A DNA stretch of 63,998 nt, counting the filler, from a bacterium (GTDB taxonomy: Bacteria; JALSQH01): NCBI GenBank assembly GCA_026985515.1. It is 8 parts of 8 records of this genome, joined end to end, with 100 filler letters (N's around TTAATTAATTAA, not from the genome) between each part and the next. Parts side by side here need not be neighbours in the genome. Positions count along the whole stretch, not along the records: positions 42,017 to 46,232 come from JALSQH010000094.1; positions 46,333 to 53,300 come from JALSQH010000095.1; 6 more parts are not named here. One strand, 5' to 3'. The number at the start of each line of letters is the position of its first letter. The stretch's first letter is position 1. Below are positions 44,840 through 53,400 of the stretch, in pieces. The notes beneath the pieces are model-generated. The model worked only from the letters and a program-made list of their open reading frames with translations, was not told the DNA's origin and searched no databases. The position numbers were made by a program, and so were the translations under genes.

Positions 44840-45620
44840 TTTTTCTCCGAACTGAAACGTCTCCCGAAATTATTTTCATTTCACTTCCATCTGGAAGGGA
44901 CAGGATCAGAAAGCCATTCTCATCTATTCCAGCAGCAATACCAAATATCGTGGTATCATCACTGCTTACAAACACCTCTTTCCCTTTCCACTCAAAGTAT
45001 TGAAGCCATTTATCCCGAATTTTATAAAATTCGCCTTTTTCAAAAACATTATACCACAATTCAATATTTTTTAACAGATTGAGGAGAATGGAATTTCTAT
45101 CCCATGTTTGACCCGTTGCTATTTTTAGAGATGTTGCAATGGTAAGTATGTCTGTGGTGAAATCATCGTGATCAGTGTTGATATTTATTCCTGTTCCAAT
45201 GACGAGTTTCTTTATCTTATCCTTTTCAAATACGCTTTCTATCAGTATTCCAGCCAGTTTTTTTCCGTTAATCAGTATATCATTGGGCCATTTTACCGAT
45301 GTTTTTATACCAAGTTTTCCAAGAGCTTCTGCAACTGCCACTGCCATTACAATATTCAGCCTGGGTAGAGTAGATGGATCTAAAGGTGGATTGACCAGCA
45401 GAAATGAAAAATATAAGTTCTTCCCGGGTGGGGAAAACCAGCTTCTTCCCCTTCTTCCTCTGCCTGCTGTCTGCTGATCAGCGATTACGATACAGCCAGA
45501 TGGAAAATTGTTTTTTAGCAGATATGTGTTTGTGGATTCAAGTATTTTGTGAACTTCGACACATGAGAATAAGGACGATTTTTTAATAAAATCCTCAATG
45601 AGTTGTTCCAGGTTTTCCAT
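44823..45620 (-). CDS. birA: Biotin--protein ligase without an HTH domain
   Basis: STN, QTAGRGRRGRSWFSP, KWPND, KLAGILIE, GININ. Confidence 0.95.
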   Translation of the reverse strand: MENLEQLIEDFIKKSSLFSCVEVHKILESTNTYLLKNNFPSGCIVIADQQTAGRGRRGRSWFSPPGKNLYFSFLLVNPPLDPSTLPRLNIVMAVAVAEALGKLGIKTSVKWPNDILINGKKLAGILIESVFEKDKIKKLVIGTGININTDHDDFTTDILTIATSLKIATGQTWDRNSILLNLLKNIELWYNVFEKGEFYKIRDKWLQYFEWKGKEVFVSSDDTTIFGIAAGIDENGFLILSLPDGSEMKIISGDVSVRRKNATGN

Positions 45621-46557
45621 TACTCCAGTTCAGCAGTTATTTTTTTCCAGATAGCTCCATAGGTGAGAAATCCGGATGAGATGTAATCCACTCCGGGGAT
45701 GAGATACTCTTTGAGATTATCTCTGGTGATGCCACCGGATACCTCAATTTCTATTCCTTCCATTTTTTCTTTCACAGCCTCCCTCACCATCTCTGGTGAA
45801 AAATTGTCAAGGAGAATTATATCTGGTTTTTCTTTCAGAGCTTCTCTGAATTCTTCCAGATTGTCAACCTCCACTTCTATTTTAAAAACATGCGGAACTT
45901 TTTCTCTTACTTTTTTTATTGCCTTCTCCACCCCTCCAGCTGCAGCTTTGTGATTATCTTTTATCAGTACCCCCTCAGAAAGATTATATCTGTGATTGTA
46001 TCCTCCTCCACATCTCACTGCATATTTTTCAAGGATTCTCCATCCCGGGGTAGTTTTTCTCGTGTCAAGAAGTTTGATTGGCAAGTTAGATTTCCTTATA
46101 ATTTCAACCATTTCCGCTGTTAGTGTGGCGATCCCCGACAGTCGGGAAATAAAGTTTAAAATGGGTCTTTCCATCAGAAGTAATTTTTTAATCTCCCCGG
46201 TTAACACCATTATGATGGAATTTTTTGAAATCNNNNNNNNNNNNNNNNNNNNNNNNNNNNNNNNNNNNNNNNNNNNTTAATTAATTAANNNNNNNNNNNN
46301 NNNNNNNNNNNNNNNNNNNNNNNNNNNNNNNNCCCAGTTCCATCTTCAGTCAAAAAAGCAACCTTTATTGTCTGATCAACTTTTCTCACCAGTCGGGAAA
46401 CCACGAAATTGCCGCAGTAAACCATTTCTTCTTCTGCTCTGATAATGAGTTTCTTTACCTGATTTTCCTCAAAAATGGATTCCGATGTTATATCCCCGTG
46501 GGGAGAATCTTCCATGAGGGCAAGGTCAATTATTTTGTCCAGGAGAAAGCTGTTCAT
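45620..46557 (-). CDS. nadC: Quinolinate phosphoribosyltransferase, split by an assembly gap
   Basis: N-part ALMEDSPHGDITS (46333-46557); C-part LSGIAT, DTRKTTPG, HR, IKDNH, EVEV, LLDN, SGG (45620-46232). Confidence 0.93.
46233..46332. other. Artificial contig linker within nadC
   Basis: N-run with TTAATTAATTAA. Confidence 0.99.
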
Positions 46558-49208
46558 TTTATTTTTTCCAGTTTGTTGAGGTGGTCAGTTAGAGTGGTGA
46601 TTTTTTCACCTAATTCTCTGCTTCTAACTTCTTCCTTTTTTACAATTTCCGGGGGTGCCTTTTCCAGGAAGTTTGGATTGTTAAGTTTGGCCTGTATTCT
46701 TCTCAGCTCCTCTTCAGCTTTTTTTATCTCTTTCTGAAGCCTTGCAATTTCCTTATTTATATCTATTACACCTTCAAGAGGCACAAAAATTCTCGTTCCC
46801 TCTACCAGGGCTGTTGCTGACTTCTCTATTTCATTTTTATCTGTGAATTCAATTTCTGATACATGGGCAAGCTGCTGAATATAAATGGAATTCTCTTCAA
46901 TGAATTCTTTTCTGTCAGTGTTGAAAAGAACTTTTATCTTTTTACCGGCAGGGATATTTGTTTCACCCCTTATGTTCCGGATTGAGTAAATCAATGCTTT
47001 CAGAAATTCACCAGACCTGTAGGACTTTTTAAAGCCTGTGGTATCAAACTTTCTGGGAAATTTTGCTATCATGATGCTTTCTGTTTCTCTTACAGGTAGC
47101 CTGTGCCATATCTCTTCAGTTATGAATGGCATAAAGGGATGAAGAAGCTTCAGTGTGTTTTTAAGTACAAAAAGAAGCGCTTTCTGTGTGGCTTTTCTTT
47201 CTTCTGGTCCACCCTTTTTGCCATAAAGAACTGGTTTAGTCAGTTCTAAATACCAGTCGCAGAATTCGTACCAGAAAAATTTGTAGATGGAACTGGCAGC
47301 TTCATTAAAGTTGTAGGAATCCAGATGCTTTCTCACCTGAGCTATCGTTTCGTTTAACCTGAATTGGATCCATTGATCAATGAAATTTCCCTCAGTCACC
47401 GGTTCCTGTGGATCTTCTCCATCATAATCCTGCAGATTCATCAGGGCAAATCTTGATGCATTCCATATTTTGTTTGCAAAAGCTTTGTAACCCTGAATTC
47501 TTTTTTCAGAAAGCCTTATGTCTCTTCCCTGTGCCGCAAGGGCGGTAAGAGTAAACCTCAGGGCATCTGCACCATACTTTTCTATCATTTCAAGGGGATC
47601 AATTACATTCCCCTTTGTTTTGCTCATTTTTTCACCCTTCTCATCCCTTATCAGGGCGTGCAGATAAACGTCTCTGAAGGGTACCTCACCTCTGAACTTT
47701 AAACCAAACATCATCATTCTTGCCACCCAGAAGAAAAGAATGTCGAAACCAGTTATTAAAACAGAGGTTGGGTAGTACTTCTTTAATTCTTCAGTTTCGT
47801 CGGGCCATCCAAGGGTGCCAAGGGGCCAAAGACCGGAACTGAACCAGGTATCCAGAACATCTTCTTCCTGCTTGATGTTGGTGGATCCGCATTTTGGACA
47901 TTTCTGTAAATCTTCTTCTGAAGCCCCTTCCCAGCCACAATCCTCGCAGTGCCACACAGGTATTCTGTGTCCCCACCATATCTGCCTGCTTATACACCAG
48001 TCCCGGATATTTTCCATCCAGTTGAAGTATGTTTTTTCCCACATTTTGGGAATAATTCTTGTTTTGCCGGTTTTTACAGCTTCTATGGCGGGTTCTGCAA
48101 GGGGTCTGGTTTTGACGAACCACTGCGTGGAGAGGTATGGTTCCACTGTGGTCTTGCATCTGTAACAGTGGCCAACCATGTGTTTAATGGGTTCAATTTT
48201 CTCCAGTAAACCCTGATTCTTGAGATCTTCCACAACCGCTTTTCTTGCTTCATATCTCTCCATTCCCTGATATTTTTCGGGAACATTGTTGTTCAGATGC
48301 GCTGTTTCTGTGAAAATATTTATCACTTCCAGATTGTGTTTCTTCCCTATTTCAAAGTCATTGAAGTCATGGGCGGGGGTTACTTTCAAAGCACCTGTTC
48401 CATATTCAGGATCAACGTATTCATCCCCGATTATGGGTATTTCTCTTCCGACCAGAGGAAGGATAACTTTTTCTCCTATGAGATCCTTATATCTCTCGTC
48501 ATCGGGATTTACCGCTACGGCGGTGTCTCCCAGCATTGTTTCAGGTCTTGTGGTGGCAACGGTTATGAATTTGCTTCTGTCCTTTGCGAGAGGATATTTG
48601 ATGTAGTAAAGATAACCATCCTTTTCTTCAAATTCAACTTCAAGATCTGAAAGAGCTGTAAGGCATCTCGGACACCAGTTAATAATGTAGTTCCCTCTGT
48701 ATATGAGACCTTCGTTGTACAGAGTTACAAAGGCTTTTCTGACTGCTCTGCTGAATCCTTCATCCATGGTGAAGCGCTTCCTGTCCCAGTCGCACGATGC
48801 TCCGAGTCTCTGGAGCTGGTGAATAATTGTATCACCGTACTTTTCTTTCCATTCCCATACTCTCTCCAAAAATCTTTCTCTACCAAGTTCAAAACGGGAA
48901 ATTCCCTCTTTTGCCAGTTCCCTTTCAACAACTGTCTGAGTGGCTATCCCTGCATGGTCCACTCCGGGCATCCAGAGGGTGTTATAACCATCCATCCTTT
49001 TATATCTTACGAGTATGTCCTGCAGGGTGTTATTTAAGGCGTGACCTATGTGGAGTGAACCTGTAACATTGGGTGGGGGAATTACGATCGAAAAGGGTTC
49101 ACCATCCTCTTCTGGATCGGCGTGAAAGTATCTTTTTTCTAACCAGTATCTGTACCATTTTTCTTCAATGACCGCAGGATTATACTCCTTCTCCATTTCA
49201 AAATCCAC
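46554..49208 (-). CDS. valS: Valine--tRNA ligase
   Basis: PPPNVTGSLHIGH, DWCISRQ, KMSKT, C-terminal coiled coil. Confidence 0.98.
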   Translation of the reverse strand: MDFEMEKEYNPAVIEEKWYRYWLEKRYFHADPEEDGEPFSIVIPPPNVTGSLHIGHALNNTLQDILVRYKRMDGYNTLWMPGVDHAGIATQTVVERELAKEGISRFELGRERFLERVWEWKEKYGDTIIHQLQRLGASCDWDRKRFTMDEGFSRAVRKAFVTLYNEGLIYRGNYIINWCPRCLTALSDLEVEFEEKDGYLYYIKYPLAKDRSKFITVATTRPETMLGDTAVAVNPDDERYKDLIGEKVILPLVGREIPIIGDEYVDPEYGTGALKVTPAHDFNDFEIGKKHNLEVINIFTETAHLNNNVPEKYQGMERYEARKAVVEDLKNQGLLEKIEPIKHMVGHCYRCKTTVEPYLSTQWFVKTRPLAEPAIEAVKTGKTRIIPKMWEKTYFNWMENIRDWCISRQIWWGHRIPVWHCEDCGWEGASEEDLQKCPKCGSTNIKQEEDVLDTWFSSGLWPLGTLGWPDETEELKKYYPTSVLITGFDILFFWVARMMMFGLKFRGEVPFRDVYLHALIRDEKGEKMSKTKGNVIDPLEMIEKYGADALRFTLTALAAQGRDIRLSEKRIQGYKAFANKIWNASRFALMNLQDYDGEDPQEPVTEGNFIDQWIQFRLNETIAQVRKHLDSYNFNEAASSIYKFFWYEFCDWYLELTKPVLYGKKGGPEERKATQKALLFVLKNTLKLLHPFMPFITEEIWHRLPVRETESIMIAKFPRKFDTTGFKKSYRSGEFLKALIYSIRNIRGETNIPAGKKIKVLFNTDRKEFIEENSIYIQQLAHVSEIEFTDKNEIEKSATALVEGTRIFVPLEGVIDINKEIARLQKEIKKAEEELRRIQAKLNNPNFLEKAPPEIVKKEEVRSRELGEKITTLTDHLNKLEKIK

Positions 49209-49248
49209 TTTAACCCTCCTTAGATTATAGTGAGTTAAGTACGCCTGC

Positions 49249-51147
49249 CTATGAAGAAATCTCTTTTTCTAATTTTTCAATTTCTTCTCTGACAATTTTT
49301 TCGATTGATTTATATATTATTTCAGGGATAATTTTTTGCAAGGTGGATGTAACTTTTTCCTCAACAATTGGCGTAATTTTCTCTGCAATATCCATTCCTT
49401 CAATGGTACTCTTCAAGAGATTTTCTACCTTTTCCTGAATGAGAGTGGTTAATTTTTCCTCCGGGATTTGAAGCTCGGTTACTCTTTCAGTTTCAACTTC
49501 ATGTTTCTCTTCTTCTGATGGTGGCGTGAATTCACCGTACGCCTCCTCTGCTTCCAGCAGTTCTTCTTCCTCCTCAGAAGGTTGTTCTTCTATCTCCTTT
49601 TCCTCCACCGAGAGAAGGGGTTCTCCTGGCGTGGCAGTTTCTATTTTCTCTTCCACACCTTCTTCAATTCCTTCAGAAACTTCCTCAGGGAGTCTGTCAC
49701 TGATTACAATTTCCTGTTCCGCAGCGGGTTCCTCTTTTTCTTCTGTGAAAATTTCCTCCTCTGCGGGGATTTCTTCCGTTATTTCTTCGGCAGGCTGAAG
49801 TTCCTCTTCTGCGGCTGACTCTTCAGAAGGGGATGTAACTTCTGTTAAATCGTATGGTTCAGCAGACTTCTCCCCCTCCTGAGTTTCCTCAGCTTCCCCT
49901 CCAAGGACAGATTCAAGGTCTGATTCAGTTTCCACAACTGTAATCTCTTCCTTTTCTTCAACATATCTGGAAAGATCCGGCTCTTCCTTCTCCTGAAAGA
50001 CCTCTTCTCCTGCGGTTTCAGGGGATTCTTCTGAAGGAGTTGCTTCTTCTGCAATTACTTCTTCGGAGAATGTTTCCTTTTGTTCTTCAGCACCTGAGAG
50101 ATCTTCATAGGAAGCTTCGGTAGTTTCTTCAAAGGTTACTTCCTCCGACGTTTCTAATGCTTCAGTGGTTACTTCTTCAGATATTTCCTCTTCCGTTGTA
50201 AGAGAAGTTTCTGCAGTTTCACCGGTGAAGCCCTCCTCAGTTGCTTCTTCAATTTCGCTTATTTCTTCTTCCTGAAATGTTACCTGACCTTCTTCTCCAC
50301 CTGGTGAGCTGAGACCCTCCAGATCATACTCCACTGTTCCTGTTTCTTCCGCTGTTGCTATTTCTGCAGGTGTTTCAAACTGCTCCGGAACGCCTTCTTC
50401 TTCCGCAGCTGATTCTACCTCTTCAACTTCCTGAAGTTCTTCCTCTTCTGTTACTTCTTCAATTTCTTCTAATTCTTCAACAGGCTGAACTGTTTCAGTT
50501 TCCTCCGCTTCAGTTACAGGCTCTATTTCTTCAAGAGTTTCTGATTCACCAACTTCTTCTATTTCTTCTATTTCTTCAACTTCTTCCAGACCATATTCAT
50601 CCACTGTTTCTCCCGAGGGTTCTGATGTAATTTCCTCTTCAGGTGGCTGTATCTCTTCAGGGGGGGTAAAGGTTTCCTGTGCAATTGCCTCAGGAGAAAA
50701 TTCCACTTCTTCGAATGCAGGTTTTTCTTCCCGGGGTGTGGTTTCTTCTGTGAGCTGAGGTTTTTTTACCTGATCGGGGGGAAGGGCAAGGAGTTCATTG
50801 ACTTTGTCTATCAGAGCCCTGGTTTCAAAGGGTTTGGAAATATGGTCGTCAGCACCTACCTTTGCTGCTTTTTCTTCATCAAATGTTTCGAAGGTCCCTG
50901 TCAGAAGGAGAACGGGAATGTTTTCAAAACCGGGTGTGGTCTTTATGGCGTAGGTGAGTTCATAGCCATCCATTCCGGGCATTGTAACATCAGCAATAAC
51001 CAGATCAGGCTTTATTTCTCTTGCTTTTCTGAGAGCCTCCTCACCATTATCCACTATCTCAAGTTCATAATTTTCGTCGGCAAATGTTAGAGTGATTAAC
51101 TTTTGAATTGTAATGCTATCATCTGCCACAAGGATTTTTTTTGCCAT
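49249..51147 (-). CDS. Response regulator with receiver domain, long Glu-rich disordered linker and C-terminal helix (RomR-like)
   Basis: KILVADDS...ADVTMPGMDGY...LLTG...KPF receiver; about 430-aa acidic linker; IIPEII...IVREEIEKL C-terminus; upstream of valS. Confidence 0.85.
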   Translation of the reverse strand: MAKKILVADDSITIQKLITLTFADENYELEIVDNGEEALRKAREIKPDLVIADVTMPGMDGYELTYAIKTTPGFENIPVLLLTGTFETFDEEKAAKVGADDHISKPFETRALIDKVNELLALPPDQVKKPQLTEETTPREEKPAFEEVEFSPEAIAQETFTPPEEIQPPEEEITSEPSGETVDEYGLEEVEEIEEIEEVGESETLEEIEPVTEAEETETVQPVEELEEIEEVTEEEELQEVEEVESAAEEEGVPEQFETPAEIATAEETGTVEYDLEGLSSPGGEEGQVTFQEEEISEIEEATEEGFTGETAETSLTTEEEISEEVTTEALETSEEVTFEETTEASYEDLSGAEEQKETFSEEVIAEEATPSEESPETAGEEVFQEKEEPDLSRYVEEKEEITVVETESDLESVLGGEAEETQEGEKSAEPYDLTEVTSPSEESAAEEELQPAEEITEEIPAEEEIFTEEKEEPAAEQEIVISDRLPEEVSEGIEEGVEEKIETATPGEPLLSVEEKEIEEQPSEEEEELLEAEEAYGEFTPPSEEEKHEVETERVTELQIPEEKLTTLIQEKVENLLKSTIEGMDIAEKITPIVEEKVTSTLQKIIPEIIYKSIEKIVREEIEKLEKEISS

Positions 51148-51284
51148 AATATACCTCCTTGATAAAAGGATGCTTCCACTCTATTTTTTTATAATCATAC
51201 ACCAAAATGGGGAGATTGTAAAGAACTTTAGGAGTTATAAGGTACGAAGTCGTGTTAAAGTTTATAATTAATTTAACTATTTGA

Positions 51285-51313
51285 TTGACAACTTTTTTGA
51301 ATCATGCTAAATT
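51285..51313 (+). promoter_or_regulatory. Sigma70 promoter for the H-NOX cluster
   Basis: TTGACA-N17-TAAATT with an extended TG; AAGGAG RBS downstream. Confidence 0.65.
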
Positions 51314-51345
51314 TTTACCAAAGAAGAAATTAAAAAGGAGTAAAA

Positions 51346-51888
51346 ATGAAAGGTATTCTTTTGTTAGGAGGGTTTGATTACATAGTGACTCAATTCGGTG
51401 AAAAACCGTTAAAAGAGGCACAGAAAAAATGTCATTTGAGAAAAATGATTCTTCCATTTTCCGATGTAGATGAGGAATCTATTAAATGCTTGATAAATGA
51501 ACTTTCCATTAATTTAGGTTTATCATCAAAGGAAATTATGGAGAAAGTCGGTTATTACTGGACTCTTAAAAAAGCACCTGAATTTTACCCTCAATTTTAT
51601 GAAAAATATAATAGAAGTGTTAGGGAATTTCTAATAAATCTAAATTATATCCATAAAGTAGTTGTTGAGAATGTCGTTTCATCAAAGAAATTGAATCCGC
51701 CAGAATTTGAAGTAATCCGCGAAGAGAAAAATTACATTTTACTCAGATATATTTCAAAGAGAAATATGATACATGTTGCTATAGGAGCAATAAAAGGACT
51801 TGGACAGTATTTTAAGGAAGATATAAAAGTAGTAAAACAGTCAGATGACACTATGCTTGTTCATTTCATTCAAAATCTTTCCAGTTAA
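51346..51888 (+). CDS. Stand-alone heme NO/O2-binding (H-NOX/HNOB) protein
   Basis: MKG start, LNYIH proximal His, PPEF, YISKR (YxSxR heme motif), GAIKGLGQYF. Confidence 0.88.
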   Translation: MKGILLLGGFDYIVTQFGEKPLKEAQKKCHLRKMILPFSDVDEESIKCLINELSINLGLSSKEIMEKVGYYWTLKKAPEFYPQFYEKYNRSVREFLINLNYIHKVVVENVVSSKKLNPPEFEVIREEKNYILLRYISKRNMIHVAIGAIKGLGQYFKEDIKVVKQSDDTMLVHFIQNLSS

Positions 51889-51953
51889 TTTTTGTAAAAA
51901 GGTGACCAATTTGGTAAAATTCATTTAATTTAAAATGATGCAGGAGGTGTGAA

Positions 51954-53042
51954 ATGATAAAGAATCTTTTCAAAATTGGAAAGGATTTTTTCCTCTTAAA
52001 AAGTGAGGAAAGTGATTTTCACAGAAATATCTACTTCAGAGTATTTAGGGGAGAAAAGAGAAATGTGAATATGATTATGGATCCAGGTACCAAACAGGAT
52101 TTGAATAATATAATTACCGTTTCCAAGGAACTTTTTGGTGGGATAAACAATCTGGATCTTATTTTTCTCAGTCATCAGGATCCCGACCTGACCTCAATAC
52201 TTCCATCAATTGTTGCAATTGCTCCAAAGGCGAAAGTTATTGCTTCTATTGACACATGGAGATTGGTTAAAATGTATGGAGATATAAGCGAGAAGAGATT
52301 TGTTGCAATTGAGAACTTCAAAAGTGATGTTCTCACCATTAAGGCTACTGGTCACAGAGTCAGGTTTGTCTCTGCAATGTACTGTCACTTTCGCGGAGCT
52401 ATGATGCTGTACGATTATGAAAACAGGATTCTCTTCAGTGGGGATTTCCTGGGAGGGGTTGACACGAGAAAGGGAGAAGGTGTCTTTGCAGATGAGAGTA
52501 GCTGGGATGGTATAAAGATTTTTCATGAAATTTACATGCCCATTTCCGGAGCGGTTAAGGAAACAATTGATAGAATATCAACTTTAAACCCTTTCCCCGA
52601 AATAATAGCTCCGCAGCATGGAGATGTGATAAAGGGTGATCTTGTGGTAGAGTTTATGAGCAGGTTGTACGACCTAACTGTTGGTTATGATCTAATAAAG
52701 AAAGTTGAGCCAGAGAAAGAATTGACTATTGTAGCAATCAACGACTTTCTTGAACAGCTTAAAGGAGTATCTCCTCAACTTGGTAGAGAACTGATAGATT
52801 CTATAAGTTCTGCAGGTAATTTCACTTCACCTTTTGTTACCAAAGGTGATGCAATAACTGATTTTAAATTACCTTCATCTGATGCTATAAAGGTTTTGTG
52901 GGATAAAATCGAACTCCTTGCTCCGCCTGATAAGGAGAATGAGATAAAAACACTTTTCATTGCCAGTCTTGAACAGTACAATGTACCGCATAAATTTAAG
53001 ATAGAGGAAAAAATTGAGGAAATTGAAGATTTGTTTGATTGA
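51954..53042 (+). CDS. ODP-like di-iron metallo-beta-lactamase-fold protein with a C-terminal extension
   Basis: MDPG, SHQDPDL, HFRGA, LFSGDFLGG, FHEIYMP, IAPQHG; no flavodoxin domain. Confidence 0.82.
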   Translation: MIKNLFKIGKDFFLLKSEESDFHRNIYFRVFRGEKRNVNMIMDPGTKQDLNNIITVSKELFGGINNLDLIFLSHQDPDLTSILPSIVAIAPKAKVIASIDTWRLVKMYGDISEKRFVAIENFKSDVLTIKATGHRVRFVSAMYCHFRGAMMLYDYENRILFSGDFLGGVDTRKGEGVFADESSWDGIKIFHEIYMPISGAVKETIDRISTLNPFPEIIAPQHGDVIKGDLVVEFMSRLYDLTVGYDLIKKVEPEKELTIVAINDFLEQLKGVSPQLGRELIDSISSAGNFTSPFVTKGDAITDFKLPSSDAIKVLWDKIELLAPPDKENEIKTLFIASLEQYNVPHKFKIEEKIEEIEDLFD

Positions 53043-53063
53043 AATTTAAAAGGAGGATCTGTA

Positions 53064-53300
53064 ATGGCAGTACATAAAATAGTTGATGGTGTCTACCATG
53101 TGGGGGCACAGGATTGGGATAGAGAATTATTTGATGAGCTTGTCCCTCTTCCCGATGGTACGAGTTATAACGCATATCTTATAATTGGAACAGAAAAAAC
53201 GGCACTTATTGATACGGTTGATCCCACCAAGAAAGAGGTTCTTTTCAGAAATCTAGAAGTTCTTGGAGTTAAAAAAATTGATTATGTAATTTCCAGTCAT
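53064..53300 (+). CDS. fprA: Flavodiiron protein (FprA/Roo/NorV family), N-terminal fragment
   Basis: [30 protein letters not shown]...TALIDTV...IDYVISSH. Confidence 0.9.
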
Positions 53301-53400
53301 NNNNNNNNNNNNNNNNNNNNNNNNNNNNNNNNNNNNNNNNNNNNTTAATTAATTAANNNNNNNNNNNNNNNNNNNNNNNNNNNNNNNNNNNNNNNNNNNN
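53301..53400. other. Artificial contig linker
   Basis: N-run with TTAATTAATTAA. Confidence 0.99.

Noticed and set aside
49500-50700. TTC/TCTTC-rich low-complexity DNA as a possible tandem repeat
   Set aside because: Explained by Glu codons of the acidic linker on the minus strand; there is no exact repeating unit.
51312-51921. TTTTACCAAA inverted copies flanking the H-NOX gene, as possible mobile-element ends
   Set aside because: Only 10 bp in very AT-rich DNA, with no transposase or target-site duplication.
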